In this document: positions 1 to 13,752 of the stretch, in pieces | Position numbering within the stretch: position 1 is the stretch's first letter | Layout: each line of letters opens with the position of its first letter | Assembly (NCBI RefSeq): GCF_001194135.2 | Contig: NC_068986.1 | Location: 111,317,981 to 111,381,980, forward strand | Origin: Octopus bimaculoides | Taxonomy: Eukaryota | Direction of reading: 5' to 3' | DNA length: 64,000 bases | Program-made: the position numbers and the translations under genes | Notes under the pieces: generated by a model | Database searches by the model: none | The model's input: only the letters and a program-made list of their open reading frames with translations | What the model was told of the DNA's origin: nothing

Positions 1-334
1 CTGCAGGTTAAGGATAATTGATATAGATGATTTGAATCATATCTACTATATTAAAACACTTAATTAACTACTAGATTTAAACTATGGGTCAATGTTTGGG
101 GCTATTGCATGAAAGGTCATTGTTAGTCATACTAATATGTATAATATGTGTAGCAGTGTAAAATTCTTTGAAATCTTTCAACGACTTACTTAATCAGTTC
201 AATATCAATATAGATGTACACGAGTAACTTCATTTAGATTGAATAACAGGAAGGCACGAATTTTCAGGCATCCGGTTAATTATGATTTAGTGGTATGCAA
301 AAATATTCAACTGAAATTTCACATTTTGTTTCAA

Positions 335-829
335 AAAGCAAGACATGACAAAGTCGGCCAGTATGTATACTGGACAATATGTCGGCATTATAAAATCAAA
401 ACCGCTGACAAATGGTATAAACACCATCCTGAAGCTGTGACTGAGGGAGAAAATGTATCGATTCTCTGGGACTTCACCGTACATACCAACAAGATTATAA
501 AAGCTAATAAACCGGATATTATTATAAAAGATAGACAAAAGAAGTGTGTTTATTAGTTGAAATGAGTATTGTGATCCATTGGATCACAATATAGCGGCGA
601 AAGAATTTCACAAGATCAGTAAATATAAAGACTTGCTAATAGAAATTGAAAAAAATGTGGCATCTCAAGGCGACTACCGTACCAGTGATTGTAAGATCTC
701 TAGGAATGATAGAAAAAAGGCACTGAAACCTATTTGAAAATGATACCAGTCTTACCATCCCTACAAGAAGTGCAAACAGTCGTGCTAACTGGAACGACTC
801 ATGTACTGAGAAGAGCATTATCGCTGTGA
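335..829 (+). mobile_element. 3' fragment of an RLE-type (R4/Dong-like) non-LTR retrotransposon, endonuclease region, degenerate
   Basis: Translates as KARHDKVGQYVYW...ILWDF...KPDIIIKD...KYKDLLIEIEKMWHL...VLTGTTHVLRRALSL* with frameshifts. The RHD, ILWD, PD..D and KY motifs are hallmarks of the RLE domain. Confidence 0.85.
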
Positions 830-854
830 AAACAACATCCATTCATGAAAAAAA

Positions 855-868
855 TAGTAGTAGTTGTT

Positions 869-922
<54 letters not shown>

Positions 923-940
923 ACAGAAGAAGAAGAAGAA

Positions 941-987
<47 letters not shown>

Positions 988-1100
988 AGAAGAAGAAGAA
1001 GAAGAAGAAGAAGAAGAAGAAGAAGAAGAAGAAGAAGAAGAAGAAGAGCGATGATGATTATTATTGTTATTACTATTACTGTTATTATTAGTATTATTTT
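855..1100. repeat. Compound trinucleotide microsatellite (TAG)n-(GAA)n-(GAT/TAT)n
   Basis: Directly visible. Confidence 0.95.
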
Positions 1101-1119
1101 TAGTATTATCAACATTGCC

Positions 1120-1500
1120 TTTGCACAACATCTAACTCTTGAGATGTACCACAGTATCAGCTGTTCATTACCAGTGAAATAAGGTAACACCTCCTATTTT
1201 TCGAGCACTTTCCGGAGTATTCAAGTGGTTCGAAGCAGTGCTGTTTTCTGCAAGTGCTCCACCCTTGTTTGTTTTCTTTCTCATTTAAAACCATGTCTGA
1301 TTCCTATTCCCAATATCATGGTCGCACTGAATCATAAAATCCCATAGGATCTTTGCATTTCTATTTTCGACGATGCCTTCAGGTTTGTGGTCGTACTAAT
1401 ATTTTACTCTGTCAGGTCCATACTTGTTGCAAAGCATCCAATGGACAAGCATGGGTATATTATCGTGGCGTCCCTTATATTCTTTCTGGGCTAGTGGCGT
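1120..1500 (-). mobile_element. Internally deleted 3' end of an R4/Dong-like LINE (family A)
   Basis: Minus strand reads AQKEYKGRHDN...KILWDFMIQCDH, then jumps to HLQKTALLRTT. Its 3' UTR (gaggtgttaccttatttcactgg...gttgtgcaaag) is shared with the copies at ~20290-20353 and ~21742-21815. TAA-type repeats flank both sides. Confidence 0.85.
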
Positions 1501-1519
1501 TATTATAATTATTATTATA

Positions 1520-1566
<47 letters not shown>

Positions 1567-1576
1567 CATCATTATG

Positions 1577-1620
<44 letters not shown>

Positions 1621-1649
1621 NNNNNNNNNNTATTATTATTATCATTATG

Positions 1650-1699
<50 letters not shown>

Positions 1700-1713
1700 C
1701 ATTATTATTATTA

Positions 1714-1748
<35 letters not shown>
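1501..1748. repeat. (TAT)n microsatellite with a 10-N gap
   Basis: Directly visible. Confidence 0.95.
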
Positions 1749-1988
1749 TTACCTTCCCCTATATATGGGTGACTTCAAGTTGTCTAATTTTTGTAAGAGC
1801 AAAAAAAAAAAAAAATTAAAACTTTGCTACAGACATTACGCAATTCAGTTGGGAAATACGCATAAAATTTGGTTGAGAAAATGCGTCAAAAGTATTTTCC
1901 CCAGCGATAATTTAATAAATGAAAAAACACTATTATCATGTTAACTAAAGAAACAGAATAGAGATAATTAAATCAAAAACAAACTTGT

Positions 1989-2270
1989 AAATACTTAGGA
2001 TTTAATGAAGTAGACAAGATTGACCAATGAAAGAAATGTTAGGAAGGTGTATTTTACACGCATGATAAATACTTAATACAGAATTAAATGTTAATACGAA
2101 GCTAATAATCATCAGTTCTATAGCCCTAGCTGTAATACCTAATTTGGAATAGTCTCAAATGAAATCAAGTGAATTAGAAACACTAGACAAGAAAACAATT
2201 ACAGTGTTTAGAATATGTTCCGCAAAATCTGATATACAATTATTATACTTGCCACGCATAGACAATCTAA
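1989..2270 (+). mobile_element. Highly decayed R4/Dong-like reverse transcriptase C-terminal fragment
   Basis: KYLG...ELETLDKKT...KSDIQLLYLPR resembles the KYLG / ELxxLDRKTRK / DVxRLYLPR motifs of R4-clade RT. Many stops and indels. Confidence 0.6.
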
Positions 2271-3825
2271 ATTTCTGATTCGTTGGGAAACTGCTTTGAT
2301 GTACACCAATTTGGGTCATATTTAGAGTTGGCGAAGTCCATCACTCACCAGGCTTCACTAAGCTGCCTTTTTCAGAAAAAAAGAATGACAGATAAAGTAG
2401 AAGAGAGAGAGGAAGGTATCATTTATTCTCAACTCAAAGTTGCTATTTTATTAATCAACCCTTTGTGGCTGAAACACAAATTTTACACCCACAGCATTAG
2501 AACTAAATGTTGCACAGACACGGAACAATATCGTAAGTGTATCCGATGTTTTCGCGGCTCAACCAAGACGCTGCTAAAACTACAACGACGTAAATATATC
2601 GTGCAAATAGGAAGAGGTCATAAAATATCTACTGTAAAAATAGGAAAAAATAACTTGTCAGTAGTTAGTCTTACTAATACATATATCTACATAAACTCTA
2701 AAATCTCAGCATATATTTTTTTTTATCTTCAAGGATATTAACGAAGAGGGAGAAAGATATAAAGTTAGTGTAAGATATGCTAAAGGCAGAACTGTGTAAT
2801 GTCAAAGTAAATCGATGACAGTAAAAAACCCTACATATCCTATATAGGAATAATGATAATAAAACAAAACTGAAGACATAGATGGAGTACTGAGTAAAGT
2901 CAGCAAACTCAGCGCTAAAACCAAGCGTTGTTATCTTTTGTTGCTTCAGACATGGACAAACATTTAATGAAGAATATAAAATGTGCATGAAGAACTTGTT
3001 GGGAATGAATAAATCATATCATTTCTAGGTGTAGAATCAGCAAGAGACTCAGAACTGTGTTGTTTGTACCTCCACTATCCGACATGTTCTCTTGCCAGAT
3101 ATATTGATGCTGCGATGGTATATCACCAAGGTATATCAAACAAATGATGTCATTGATGATACTAAAAAAAAAAAAAAAATCAAGTGATTAATGTAATCGA
3201 GGAAGTAATTTTATGCTGGACAGTCTCAAGCCTTTGGCTAGCAGTTCCACTGGATGATGTGAGTCAAAAGTCGGGATCGACAGAGCCTGTCGGGATCCTA
3301 TTCTAGAGCAAGAAAGAGTGCGTAACTTGGAGATTAATGTTTGTAACTAAGCATCATTTCATTTAAACATTATCAATGTGGCAACTAAATGCTGGAGGCG
3401 CGCGGCTCATCATCGAAAGGCAGGATCATATAATACACTAGCATAAGGTCCAAAAACCCACAGATTTCCAATTCCATGCAAAAGAAGCATAAACAATGCG
3501 TATTTTTGCTGTACTTTTTCTTGGTTTCGTCTGACAACGTATACGGTGCCCAGACATATCGAATACCTCCTCAAAATGAAGTGCTGTAAAACACATCCAA
3601 TTCTGCAGCCATATTAAGCAAATGATATTGACTAAAACGTCCATTGATTTCTTTCGACAATGGTTTATATTAGTTGTAAATGATTGAGAGTACTTTAAAT
3701 TGATCTACAATTGTTTTTACACAGAAATGTATTGATCAAACCTGATTTCACCTCTAATGACTCATTTAAAGATCAAAGGCGCCAGATGAAAATGATCATT
3801 GCCTAGATTATTTCAACATTTCATA

Positions 3826-3890
<65 letters not shown>

Positions 3891-3893
3891 GAC

Positions 3894-3945
<52 letters not shown>
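3826..3945. repeat. (ACT)n(AAT)n compound microsatellite
   Basis: Directly visible. Confidence 0.95.
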
Positions 3946-3946
<1 letters not shown>

Positions 3947-4140
3947 CCAGAACCACTGCTGATGATAATGATGACGACGACAAGGACGACAATGACGGTG
4001 ATGATTATAAATGTGCCACGGCGATTACTTTGAAAGTCTTTGACATTTAGTATATTAACACTGTATCCAAATATAACAAAAGACGTTTTAACGGTTTACT
4101 GCGTTTTAACTGTCTATCAGAACAACTTTAACGCAACTAT

Positions 4141-4175
<35 letters not shown>

Positions 4176-6073
4176 TGTGTGTGTGTGTGCTTGTGTGCTT
4201 GTGTGTCTCTGTGTAAGTAAGTCTATATGTATGCTTTGTACATAAGTATGTATGTGTACAATCAGTAAACTTTCTACACTCGTTTCAGAAACCATAAATT
4301 ATGAAAAGGCTGAAATATATTTTGGGATTCTACGATGTCTAAAGCACTTGGCTTTTGAGGTAGTGGAAAGCCCACGTATGTACCACTCAATACGAAAGCT
4401 TAAGAGTGGACATGATTGAAAGACTACCTTTCTTATGCCTCTGTCGTACACATAGTTCTCTCTACTGTCCATCTTCGCTGTCCATCGTCTACTTTCCAAA
4501 CTCCACACCAAAATGAGCTGTTCTAGATGATTTAAAAAGCAAACTGTCGGTCACTAATCTCTCTCCTGTGAATCACTTACTGTAGCTCAGTGTTTATCGT
4601 TCACATCATGGAAATATATCTGCTCGCCGTATTTCACTTGCAGCTGTTTTCTTATTTGGGAACATATTTTTCATGCCCCCATCAGGAATAAATCGTCCTC
4701 AGTGATTTCGAATCTCATGGCGGTCACATTCATTCCATAACAATAATTTCCTTCGAGAAAGGGAATATTTTGCTAATCGCAAAATATTGCACCGATATTT
4801 TCCAACCATTAAGCACATTTCGAGACCGATTCGCAAACATTTCAAAAATCCCGAGCAATTTCACATCACAAATCCTAAACTCTTTCAATCAATAACTACT
4901 TCTGCATATATCGTATCAATAGAACAAAGCTCTATCGGAAACAGCCGAATGCACATTCAAGGGCTACACAAAATCGTCCTCCCTTGGACTCTGTGTTACC
5001 TCAATTCTTGATTGGCAGCGGCTCAGTCACTAGTCCTGAGAGTATACGTGCTTCACCCTTTATTCAATGGAATCAGAAAATCGGATGAACGATGCAATAC
5101 GTTTCGGAATGTTCCATCCCATATTACACACAAAAATAAATTGATGACTGAAGGGAAGTATATATGTTTTTGTACTCATGGTTGTACGGTGTGCATGCCA
5201 ATTCGTTATTTCCTGGATTTGAAGAGGAGACCATGTAAACTTGTAATTTAGAAGTCATTTTATTATTATAGAAATGACAAGTTAAAGTGACAAGGTAAAG
5301 TTAGTAACCCCTATTCTCACAGGGTACTAGTTTCTCAATAGTAACTGTCAACCTGAAATTTGCGTGATGGCTACTGCTATATTATTTCTCTGAAAGCGTT
5401 ACTTGAGGTTGGTTTCCTTATGAGAACTACTAGCACAATTGAAGCATTGCAAATCCATTATTTTCAAAAGGGGATCAATGTGTATCCATTCAATAGATCG
5501 GTGGAATCGATTATAGATTAAAACATCTCGAACATTCTTGCTCATGTCTGTGTTTGGAAATAGTCACAGGTTTCCATTGTTCCTACTCAAGGGAGTTATA
5601 ATATCTTCCATTCAAGTCCACAACAATTGCAGACATTCGGTCTGCACTTCCTTTCAAACTTCCTGAGGTAACCCTCACTTTTCCCGGCAGCATGCCACTC
5701 GCTTTGAGAATGGTATAGAATACAGCTAGCGGTGCTGATAATCTTGTGTTAAAAGTGAATATGCATATGCTTCTATACGAAGCGTTAATCTAGTATAGAG
5801 CTGTAATAAGAAATTAGAATGACAAATGAAAGAGAAATTATGCTATGAATTTCAATAGTTTACATCTGTTCTACCCAAAGAAGCAATGCAGTCACAGCTG
5901 AATGTTTGTATATCACCAAATAAATTTGTTGGAGCTTCAAATACCATGTGCAGTTGAAGTTCCTATACACAAACATTCCCCTACGACTGCGTTACATCAT
6001 ATAGCAGAAACAGCTGCAATCTATTGCAGTTCAGGACATAATTTTCTTATACCTTTGTCATTTTAGTTTCTTA

Positions 6074-6118
<45 letters not shown>

Positions 6119-6120
<2 letters not shown>

Positions 6121-6391
6121 CAATTGTAGCGTGGAAGGTGTTTATAAGCCATTTAAAATAACACACAAAAACTGTTAGATTCACATCAACATTTAAATTT
6201 AATTTGTCAAAATATTTTGGTCGCTTTGAGACCGCGACCTGTTCACTGACAAAGTTCTGTGCTACAGAATGTTGAAGTTAATTTAACAGTTTTTGTGTGT
6301 TATTTTAAATGGCTTATAAACACCTTGCACACTGCAATTGTTTTCGTTCCAGCACACGATCTCAGATCAGATAACTTGCTATGCAAGTACA

Positions 6392-6392
<1 letters not shown>
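6119..6392. mobile_element. Non-autonomous foldback element (~75-bp inverted arms plus 3' tail) inside (TA)n
   Basis: aacaattgtagcgtggaaggtgtttataagccatttaaaataacacacaaaaactgtta at 6119 pairs with ...taacagtttttgtgtgttattttaaatggcttataaacaccttgcacactgcaattgtt ending at 6342. (TA)n on both sides. Confidence 0.75.
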
Positions 6393-6426
<34 letters not shown>

Positions 6427-8521
6427 TTAAATATTTGCGTCTACATACGTATATGCGTATATGTGTCTGAGTTGTATATATATCTATGTGCATGGTGTGT
6501 TTTTATGTAACACTATGTTTATCATTTTGTCTACGTACATATGTCGGAAAAGTGTGTATAAATATAAAAATATTTGTAATTTGATGCATAGTAAGACTAC
6601 TCGTGGAATGAAACCCATACTAATAAATAGTCTGCATTCTTTTATTGTCAAGATCTATAAAGAGAATCTCCGATAGGATATCTCCGATTTATATAAGTGC
6701 TGGTTATCTTGGTTTTGTTTGTAACTGCGTATTTAGCGATATATACTTAGTGATCGGTATATCTGTCGAGAAGAGTATGTTAACATAAACCAATGATATG
6801 TATTTTCTTTCCTCGTTTCGTACATTTTGTCTTTTAAGACTCAATTCAAAGACCGATAGAGTAAAACAGCAAATAGAAATCAACTGAACTAGGAATAATG
6901 AGACGAGTATCAGCTGACATGCGGAAGCAATCATTTTGCATTCCGGGGTAAAAAAAATAGAGAATATAAATAGGAAAACATATTTAATGAGAGAATTTGG
7001 CAAATGGGAAAAAAGTAGAGATGATATGTAAAAATAGATTAACCGTCAATGTCTTAGCAGAAACCCGTACTTGTGAAAGTACATAGTTCTTGAATCTACT
7101 AGAAAAATATCTTGGTTCTTTTTGTGTTCTTTTTTCTTTTAACCATCACAAGCGGTAAATTATTCTACATTGGCAGGAATTGAACTCACAAAAGAAAATA
7201 ATTTAGAATATCTTAAATGAAAGAAGATGGAAATCACGTAATAAGGTATATCATGGAACATAAAATAGAATAAAACAATTCACAATCGAAGGGAGAAAGA
7301 AGGGAATAGATTGAATGTATGAGAGAAAAGATAAAGAAAGAAAAACGAGAAAATGCGGTTAATTTTAAGCAAGCGTTCGTTGATAGTTCGTATAATTTCT
7401 TTTGGTGAAGACCTGTATTAATTTAACGGAGCAAATAGACGGTTTCAGGTAAAGATATTGGTTGCAGAAAAGCGGGAGCCAGCAGGAATATTTCAACGCA
7501 AACAAAGACTAGCTTAAGCTGAGTTCCATTAGACAAGTCAGCCTGATGCCAAACGCTGATTATATGTTTCCAAAGAAAAACTGTTGGATGTTTTCCAACT
7601 CTGCAGTCTATCTTATTATTGCAGAGGAACTCTTCAAACAGGCATTGCTTCATTACAGAGTAAAGTTAGGAAGTTGATTTGAGGGTGGTGAATGTATTTT
7701 ACCCCTGACACTTCCATAGTTATTTTCATAAAAAGAGGCTCCGGGCGGGGTTGGCTTCTAAGAATCATTTGGGGCTACACATGAAGGTGAGTATAGTAAT
7801 TAGTTAAAACAAGATGCTTGTTAAAATCTCACTTCTATCTGTACCAAAGTATAGTCAGCGTCTCTAAATTCCTAAAAGGTTGCAATTTATCAAACGTAGC
7901 CTGAACAAATTTCATTCTATTTCTCATGCAACATTGAATACACTTCAGTTAATAAATATTCGTCTATTTCACAGCATAATAACTTGTATTATCAACGTTC
8001 GTTTTCTCTTTAGAACACAGAGTACTCAATAGACATTTATAAATTACTATTTCATTACTAAATAACTTATATAAGATTCTACCAAGGAAATATATGTCCA
8101 CCATCCCTTTTGTCTAAGTATATACGAAGACAGATCTCCTAGAAACCTTATTCTAGTATCTGAGCTTTTATTGTCTAATTTACAATCCGCTCTTTTTATG
8201 CCACAAAAAAGTAACGGAATTGTTCGAATGTAGTACAACTCATCATATAGCACCATCTGAGGTGGATATAGGATTTTAAATAACAAGAATTTTGCAACGA
8301 TGTATAAGAATACATGGTGGATTTGTAGAACTGGTAATGATGTATTCTATAGGACTTGAAAAGATTATAGGATTCTGGAGAATAGAAGACAAAATAACCA
8401 ATATTTATGTCAGGCACACTATATTTCCACTTCGATACTCGCCAAGGTTTTCATACAATTGAGTGTACATTCATCCGTCACCATATCGATATATACAAAT
8501 CGCAAAAGAAATACATACGTG

Positions 8522-8562
<41 letters not shown>

Positions 8563-8598
8563 ACATACCCCCCCCCACACATATATATATATATATAT

Positions 8599-8912
8599 GG
8601 CTCAGTGGTCAGAGCGTCGAACTTACGATCGTGGGGTTGTGAGTTCGAATCTAGGACCTGGCTGCGTGTTGTGTTCTTGAGCAAGACACTTTATTTCACG
8701 TTGCTGCCGTTCACTCACCTGCCGACGTCACAGGTGCCAAGCTGTATCGGCCCCTTTGCCTTTCCCTTGGATAACACTGGGCGCGTGGAGAGGGGATGCC
8801 GGTATTTATGGCCAACTGCTGGACTTCCATAAACAACATAACCCGGAATTGTGCCTAAAAGGGTAACTTTCTAGGTGCAATGCCATGGTCAGTCATGAGC
8901 AAAAGGGGGCTC
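8599..8912 (+). mobile_element. tRNA-derived SINE with CORE-like central domain, inserted in (TA)n
   Basis: A box TGGCTCAGTGG and B box GAGTTCGAATC. ttcttgagcaagacacttta resembles the CORE-SINE domain. There is no acceptor stem or valid anticodon stem. (TA)n on both flanks. Confidence 0.8.
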
Positions 8913-8913
8913 A

Positions 8914-8962
<49 letters not shown>

Positions 8963-11900
8963 CTACAGTACTGTTTCTACGTTGCTGATTTTACCTGTCA
9001 CAGGGGTTTGGAACGTATCACACGCGATAGTCGAGGGATTACTGTATATACAGATAGTAACACTTCCAGTCCTTTAAAAGCATCATTTAGAGACGTGCAT
9101 TTGTGCGCTTTTTAATCAGCGTCAAGATGACTTTTGCCGTTAACATTTCTGTTCTGTTAACATTTGCTTTATTTAAGTTGTGATTGTAGATGTAAATTAT
9201 CACTTGTACTCGGGGACAAAGCCAAGATGATCTTCATAGACTCGATACAGGAAACACCAATCCATTTTAGCATTGGCTGACCCGCTAACATTTGTTGGCA
9301 TTACCGATAACATCAATGTAGTTGAGTAACATTTGTTCCCTATTAGGGCGAAGAAACGTTGAAATATAGCCCGCAATATGGCATTTCATTTAACACGAGA
9401 GCAGTGACCAACAAGCCATACGCTGTATTGAGCAACAAAATTTCAGATGTGTGGATTATGGCCTCAAATTTCGCTTTATGCCTACATTACCACACTGCAT
9501 ATTTTAAAAAAAGTATTGGCCTATTGCTTCCTTTAGGATTTAACAATGAATGTCGGATTCACAATACTGATGAGATCGAATTACATAGTTTATTAATGTG
9601 TGTACATTTCACATATGTCGGAAAATGTTGACATGACTATATTCTGTATAAGATATACAATGGCTGAAAATAAAAATCTACACTGAAAGAGGTCATCGCT
9701 TTCCAACGTGCAACCACAAAACCGACCAGATATTAGCAGCCACATTTATCCGTTTCTCACTCGGAATCGCTTTAAAATAGGAAGGGCACGGAATCGCTTT
9801 GAAATAGGAAAGGCATAAAATGATAGTAGCTATATTTTCTTTCATACTGGAGTGTCTGAGGTATTAATGTGATATTTGAGAAAGCGGATTAATGCTGGTG
9901 GGTCACCTAAATAGCTCAAGTTAAACCCTGATCAAGATATACCCTAGTTTGACTAATCTTCCAATTTTACTGCGCGTCTCAGTCAGTAGCCCTCATTCCA
10001 ATCGTCTATCAGGAGCAGAAACTGCAAGTCAGTTTAATCGACCTATTTAGATTGTACCCACTCGAAACTATCATTACCTCCTGACCTAAGAGTTTCCTTA
10101 CCTAAAGGAAACTCCCAATGTCTATGCAAGCTTCACACAATTTCTATTCGACACATGTTTGGTTATTTGACACATAGTTGAAAGCCATTTCTGTACGGTT
10201 AACATCATGTGGAAGCTGATTCAACTGAGTTAGCTGGGTTTTCGTCATTAGGAATTGAAATGAAAAACGTTCGGATTGCTCTATTTCATTCATTCCTCGT
10301 TCGCAAATATATGTTTCGCAACGTTCTTTTCAGCTGTGTGTATGTGCGCTAGCGCTTGTGCTTGTGTTTGTATGTGTGTGTGTGGGGGGGGGGTCCATTT
10401 GCATGTTCGTGTGTATGCACGCGCACGTCTGTGTGTGTTGGGGAGGCGTACTATTTCTGTCTTGGTGAACGGTAGAATGTCACGTCTTAAAATATAGTCG
10501 TATGTCTTCTGCGGAGATATAAATATATTCACGAGAACATGGAAATACCCCGCGGTCGAGCATCTATAATTGACAAGATCAAGATCAAGGAAGATCAAAA
10601 TCACGTGACTTAGTGGTCTCGCCTCTGGAAGTGGTGGCGTCTTATACCTCGATAGCGATATACACAAGAGTACATTTTGTACCAAAAGGTAATATGGGAG
10701 CTTCTCTCGTTGTATCTACTGCACCAAAGTTTCTTCTAACAGAACATCCACGTTTTCGTGGGTATAAATATTACCTCAACAATTAGACATATTCAAAAGA
10801 CGGCCTCCGGTTCCTTTATCGTAGCTATGCCGACTGAGCTTAAGGATGTTTTCGCTACTGGCTTTGACATCAAGTACGTGGGGCGACTGGTTATGCTTTG
10901 GACGATAGTGAGAGCTTTACTGATTCTTTCACTTGCATGCTTTGCAGCGCTATAAGAGGTTGTGGCTGTATGACTGCGTGTGATGATGTAGGTGGTTTAA
11001 TGTAATGACAGATATTGTTGAGGTTTTTGTTAATGTTGCGTGCATCATCAGTATCAAGAGCCGTGTTTGGGATGAAGTTGTTTATTTCCATTGAATGTTC
11101 CAGATATGGAAAGTTGTATTTAATACCGCCATCTGTACATACTACGCCCTTGTTATTGTTTTTGGAATAATTTATTGGGAAACATTTGCCTTAAACATGT
11201 TCGACTCCTTATAGAAATTGGGAAGCATCACGATTCGCTCTTCAGCAGAAAGAGCGGAAGCACCAATAGCAGCAGCAACAAGAGTGAGAAAATGTGACAC
11301 ATATAACACAACATCAAAAACAAATAAGACAACACAATAAATACAAAGATAACAACAATAATCATCAGAGCAGCAAAGGAAACCAATAATAATAGCGATG
11401 AGGGTACGCAAAGTGTCAGATGGCACAAAAAGACATTTATGGATATTTCGGATAACGGAGTAAATTAATAGCTAAAGTGAGCGAGAAAATAATAATAAAA
11501 TCGTAAACAAAACACAGCAATAAACTGCATCTGCAATCAAACCTTTAGAAAGGAACCGAGAAATTGTAATTTTAACACAAGCCCTACAAAGTCCCTTATC
11601 TCTTAAAAAGATCTGTATATCTACTTTACTCTATGGCTTCGTATTGCCAATTCTTGCTTCTATCTAGTCTTTAAAAATTGTCAACAGCATCATATATATA
11701 CATATATATATATATATATAAGATCGNNNNNNNNNNNNNNNNNNNNNNNNNNNNNNNNNNNNNNNNNNNNNNNNNNNNNNNNNNNNNNNNNNNNNNNNNN
11801 NNNNATATATATATATATAGATAGATATATATATATATATGTGTGTGTATGTGTGTGTGTATATATATATATATGATATATACATGTATATATATATATA

Positions 11901-13565
11901 TGTATGTATATATATATATATATGTATGTATGCAAGTCAATATCATCATACACACACATATATGTGCATACATATACATAGATGTGTATGTGTACGCATA
12001 TGAATATCTGTGAGTGGTTGTGTGTATGTGTGTATTGAAGCGTGCATGAATATATATACACACATGGTTACGTTTCATGTATGTGTAAGTCATTATTTTT
12101 TAATAGGATGAAGAGGGGGGGGGGTATGTAACACATATATGTTTTACATATATATTCGTTTATGCATTCATAAAATTCATTTAATATATTCGTTTTTGTC
12201 ATCATTGTTATTGATATTATTATTTTTATTATCATTATTATTTGTTAAAATTTCTTTTCGTTCTTATACTCTCTTGTGAGACATCCTCAAATAGAAATGA
12301 TCAAGCAAGGAGATAGTAGGATATTTTTATATTATGTTCATCGGTTTTGCGTCACAACCCAGGCAAATAGAAAGAGATAATGAATAATTTTATCAGCACG
12401 AGCTTGTGATAAATGTGAAGGTTGTATAGCGACCTTTAAATAGAGAATATACATACACGTATGTGTGTATGTGTATGCGTGTGTGTGTGTTTGTGTGTTT
12501 GTTTAGTACTATCTACGTTATATTGCTTAGCTAAAGAAATATATGCCTTGATATACTTTCAGAAATGGATACAAACATCTATGTATACTGCTATAGAGCG
12601 ATATCTACATATCAAGCACAAATATTTGCATTTAATATTCACTGTAAATATGATTATATACACAGATGAACACATACTGACATACTACCTTACACACTTC
12701 CCTACACACATACTTACATACTTGTACATACACGTATATATGCAGGCATTTATGTGTATTACTTAAAATGGCGAAGCTGAAGTAATTACTAAATAATTTT
12801 GTATACCATGTATGGGAAATATTCGTATGTTTTTCAGTGCGCTTGTATATGGATTTGTCTGTCTTTGAGTCTGTGTGTGTGTGGTGAGAGATATAATATG
12901 AATATGTGTGTGTGAGCGTATCTATGTGTGTATTTATATGTTTCTGAGTCTGTGTGTCGGGGTTGGGGCGCGTGTACGCGTGTGTATGAAATATAAACGA
13001 TATTTTTCCATTTCAGACTCCACTCGTTGCATTAAAATTGATGACATTTCAAAATTACCCATCTCTGTTCTGTAGTATATTAGTATTATATTTCACAAAA
13101 TTCAATTATTTATTTAAAGTAACGTGGAATCAATGAATTAAACGAACAGAATGACACGTATATTGGGTATTAATCTTATTAATCAAATTCTGTCGGTATT
13201 TATAACTTCACAAATATACGGCTTAATAATGATTTATACACCATTGAAAACAAACTATTATCAATCACAAAATATTTTAGTGAAAATCAAAAAGGTATCG
13301 GCTACAACTCCTGACATTATTCGCTTAGCATCAACACCTGGTTTTTGGCGCCTTCAGAGGAGATAAATCATATACAAATATTCGGATCATGTCTGCTGTT
13401 ACAGTAAGAGTAACATTCCAGGCTTTCCTGCATGTTATTAGACTTGGATATTCAATCGATTTCTGTGAACCTTTCCTTGAGCTCTCTCAATGAAAGTCCC
13501 ATTTAGCAGATAGTTCCTCCCACTCTAACATATACAGGTATATATACATATATGTATATTTATAT

Positions 13566-13625
<60 letters not shown>

Positions 13626-13752
13626 CTTTTGGGGAGGAGGGCTGTGCGTGTGTGTATGTGTGTCTGTTTCTGTGTGTGGTTAGTTTATTACTTAATATAT
13701 ATATACATACACGCATACATACACACCCACATACGCACAGATACATATAAAT

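Noticed and set aside
826-1190. Poly-Ser/Arg/Glu/Leu ORFs (also 13525-14128, 19245-19566, 33051-34116)
   Set aside because: These are translations of trinucleotide microsatellites with no splice or domain support.
4428-4522. Candidate exon containing MDSRENYVY, reminiscent of a 14-3-3 N-terminus
   Set aside because: The following residues do not match 14-3-3 (no AKLAEQAERY) and the donor is weak.
4597-4995. Minus-strand frame of 133 codons interrupted only by TGA (5 times), suggesting an alternative genetic code, a NUMT or a selenoprotein
   Set aside because: The translation resembles no mitochondrial or selenoprotein sequence I recognise. A rough estimate gives several such TAA/TAG-free runs by chance across six frames of this window.
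5500-5780. Protein-like minus-strand frames after a strong acceptor at ~5800
   Set aside because: The frame from the acceptor stops after 24 codons, the adjoining frames need a frameshift, and no family is recognisable.
6118-6372. Hammerhead with the foldback as a giant helix III (GAAA...UUA)
   Set aside because: The core CTGATCTGAGA does not fit CUGANGA, and stems I and II do not pair.
8599-8670. Possible tRNA gene
   Set aside because: A and B boxes are present but the anticodon and acceptor stems do not pair, and it continues into a SINE body.
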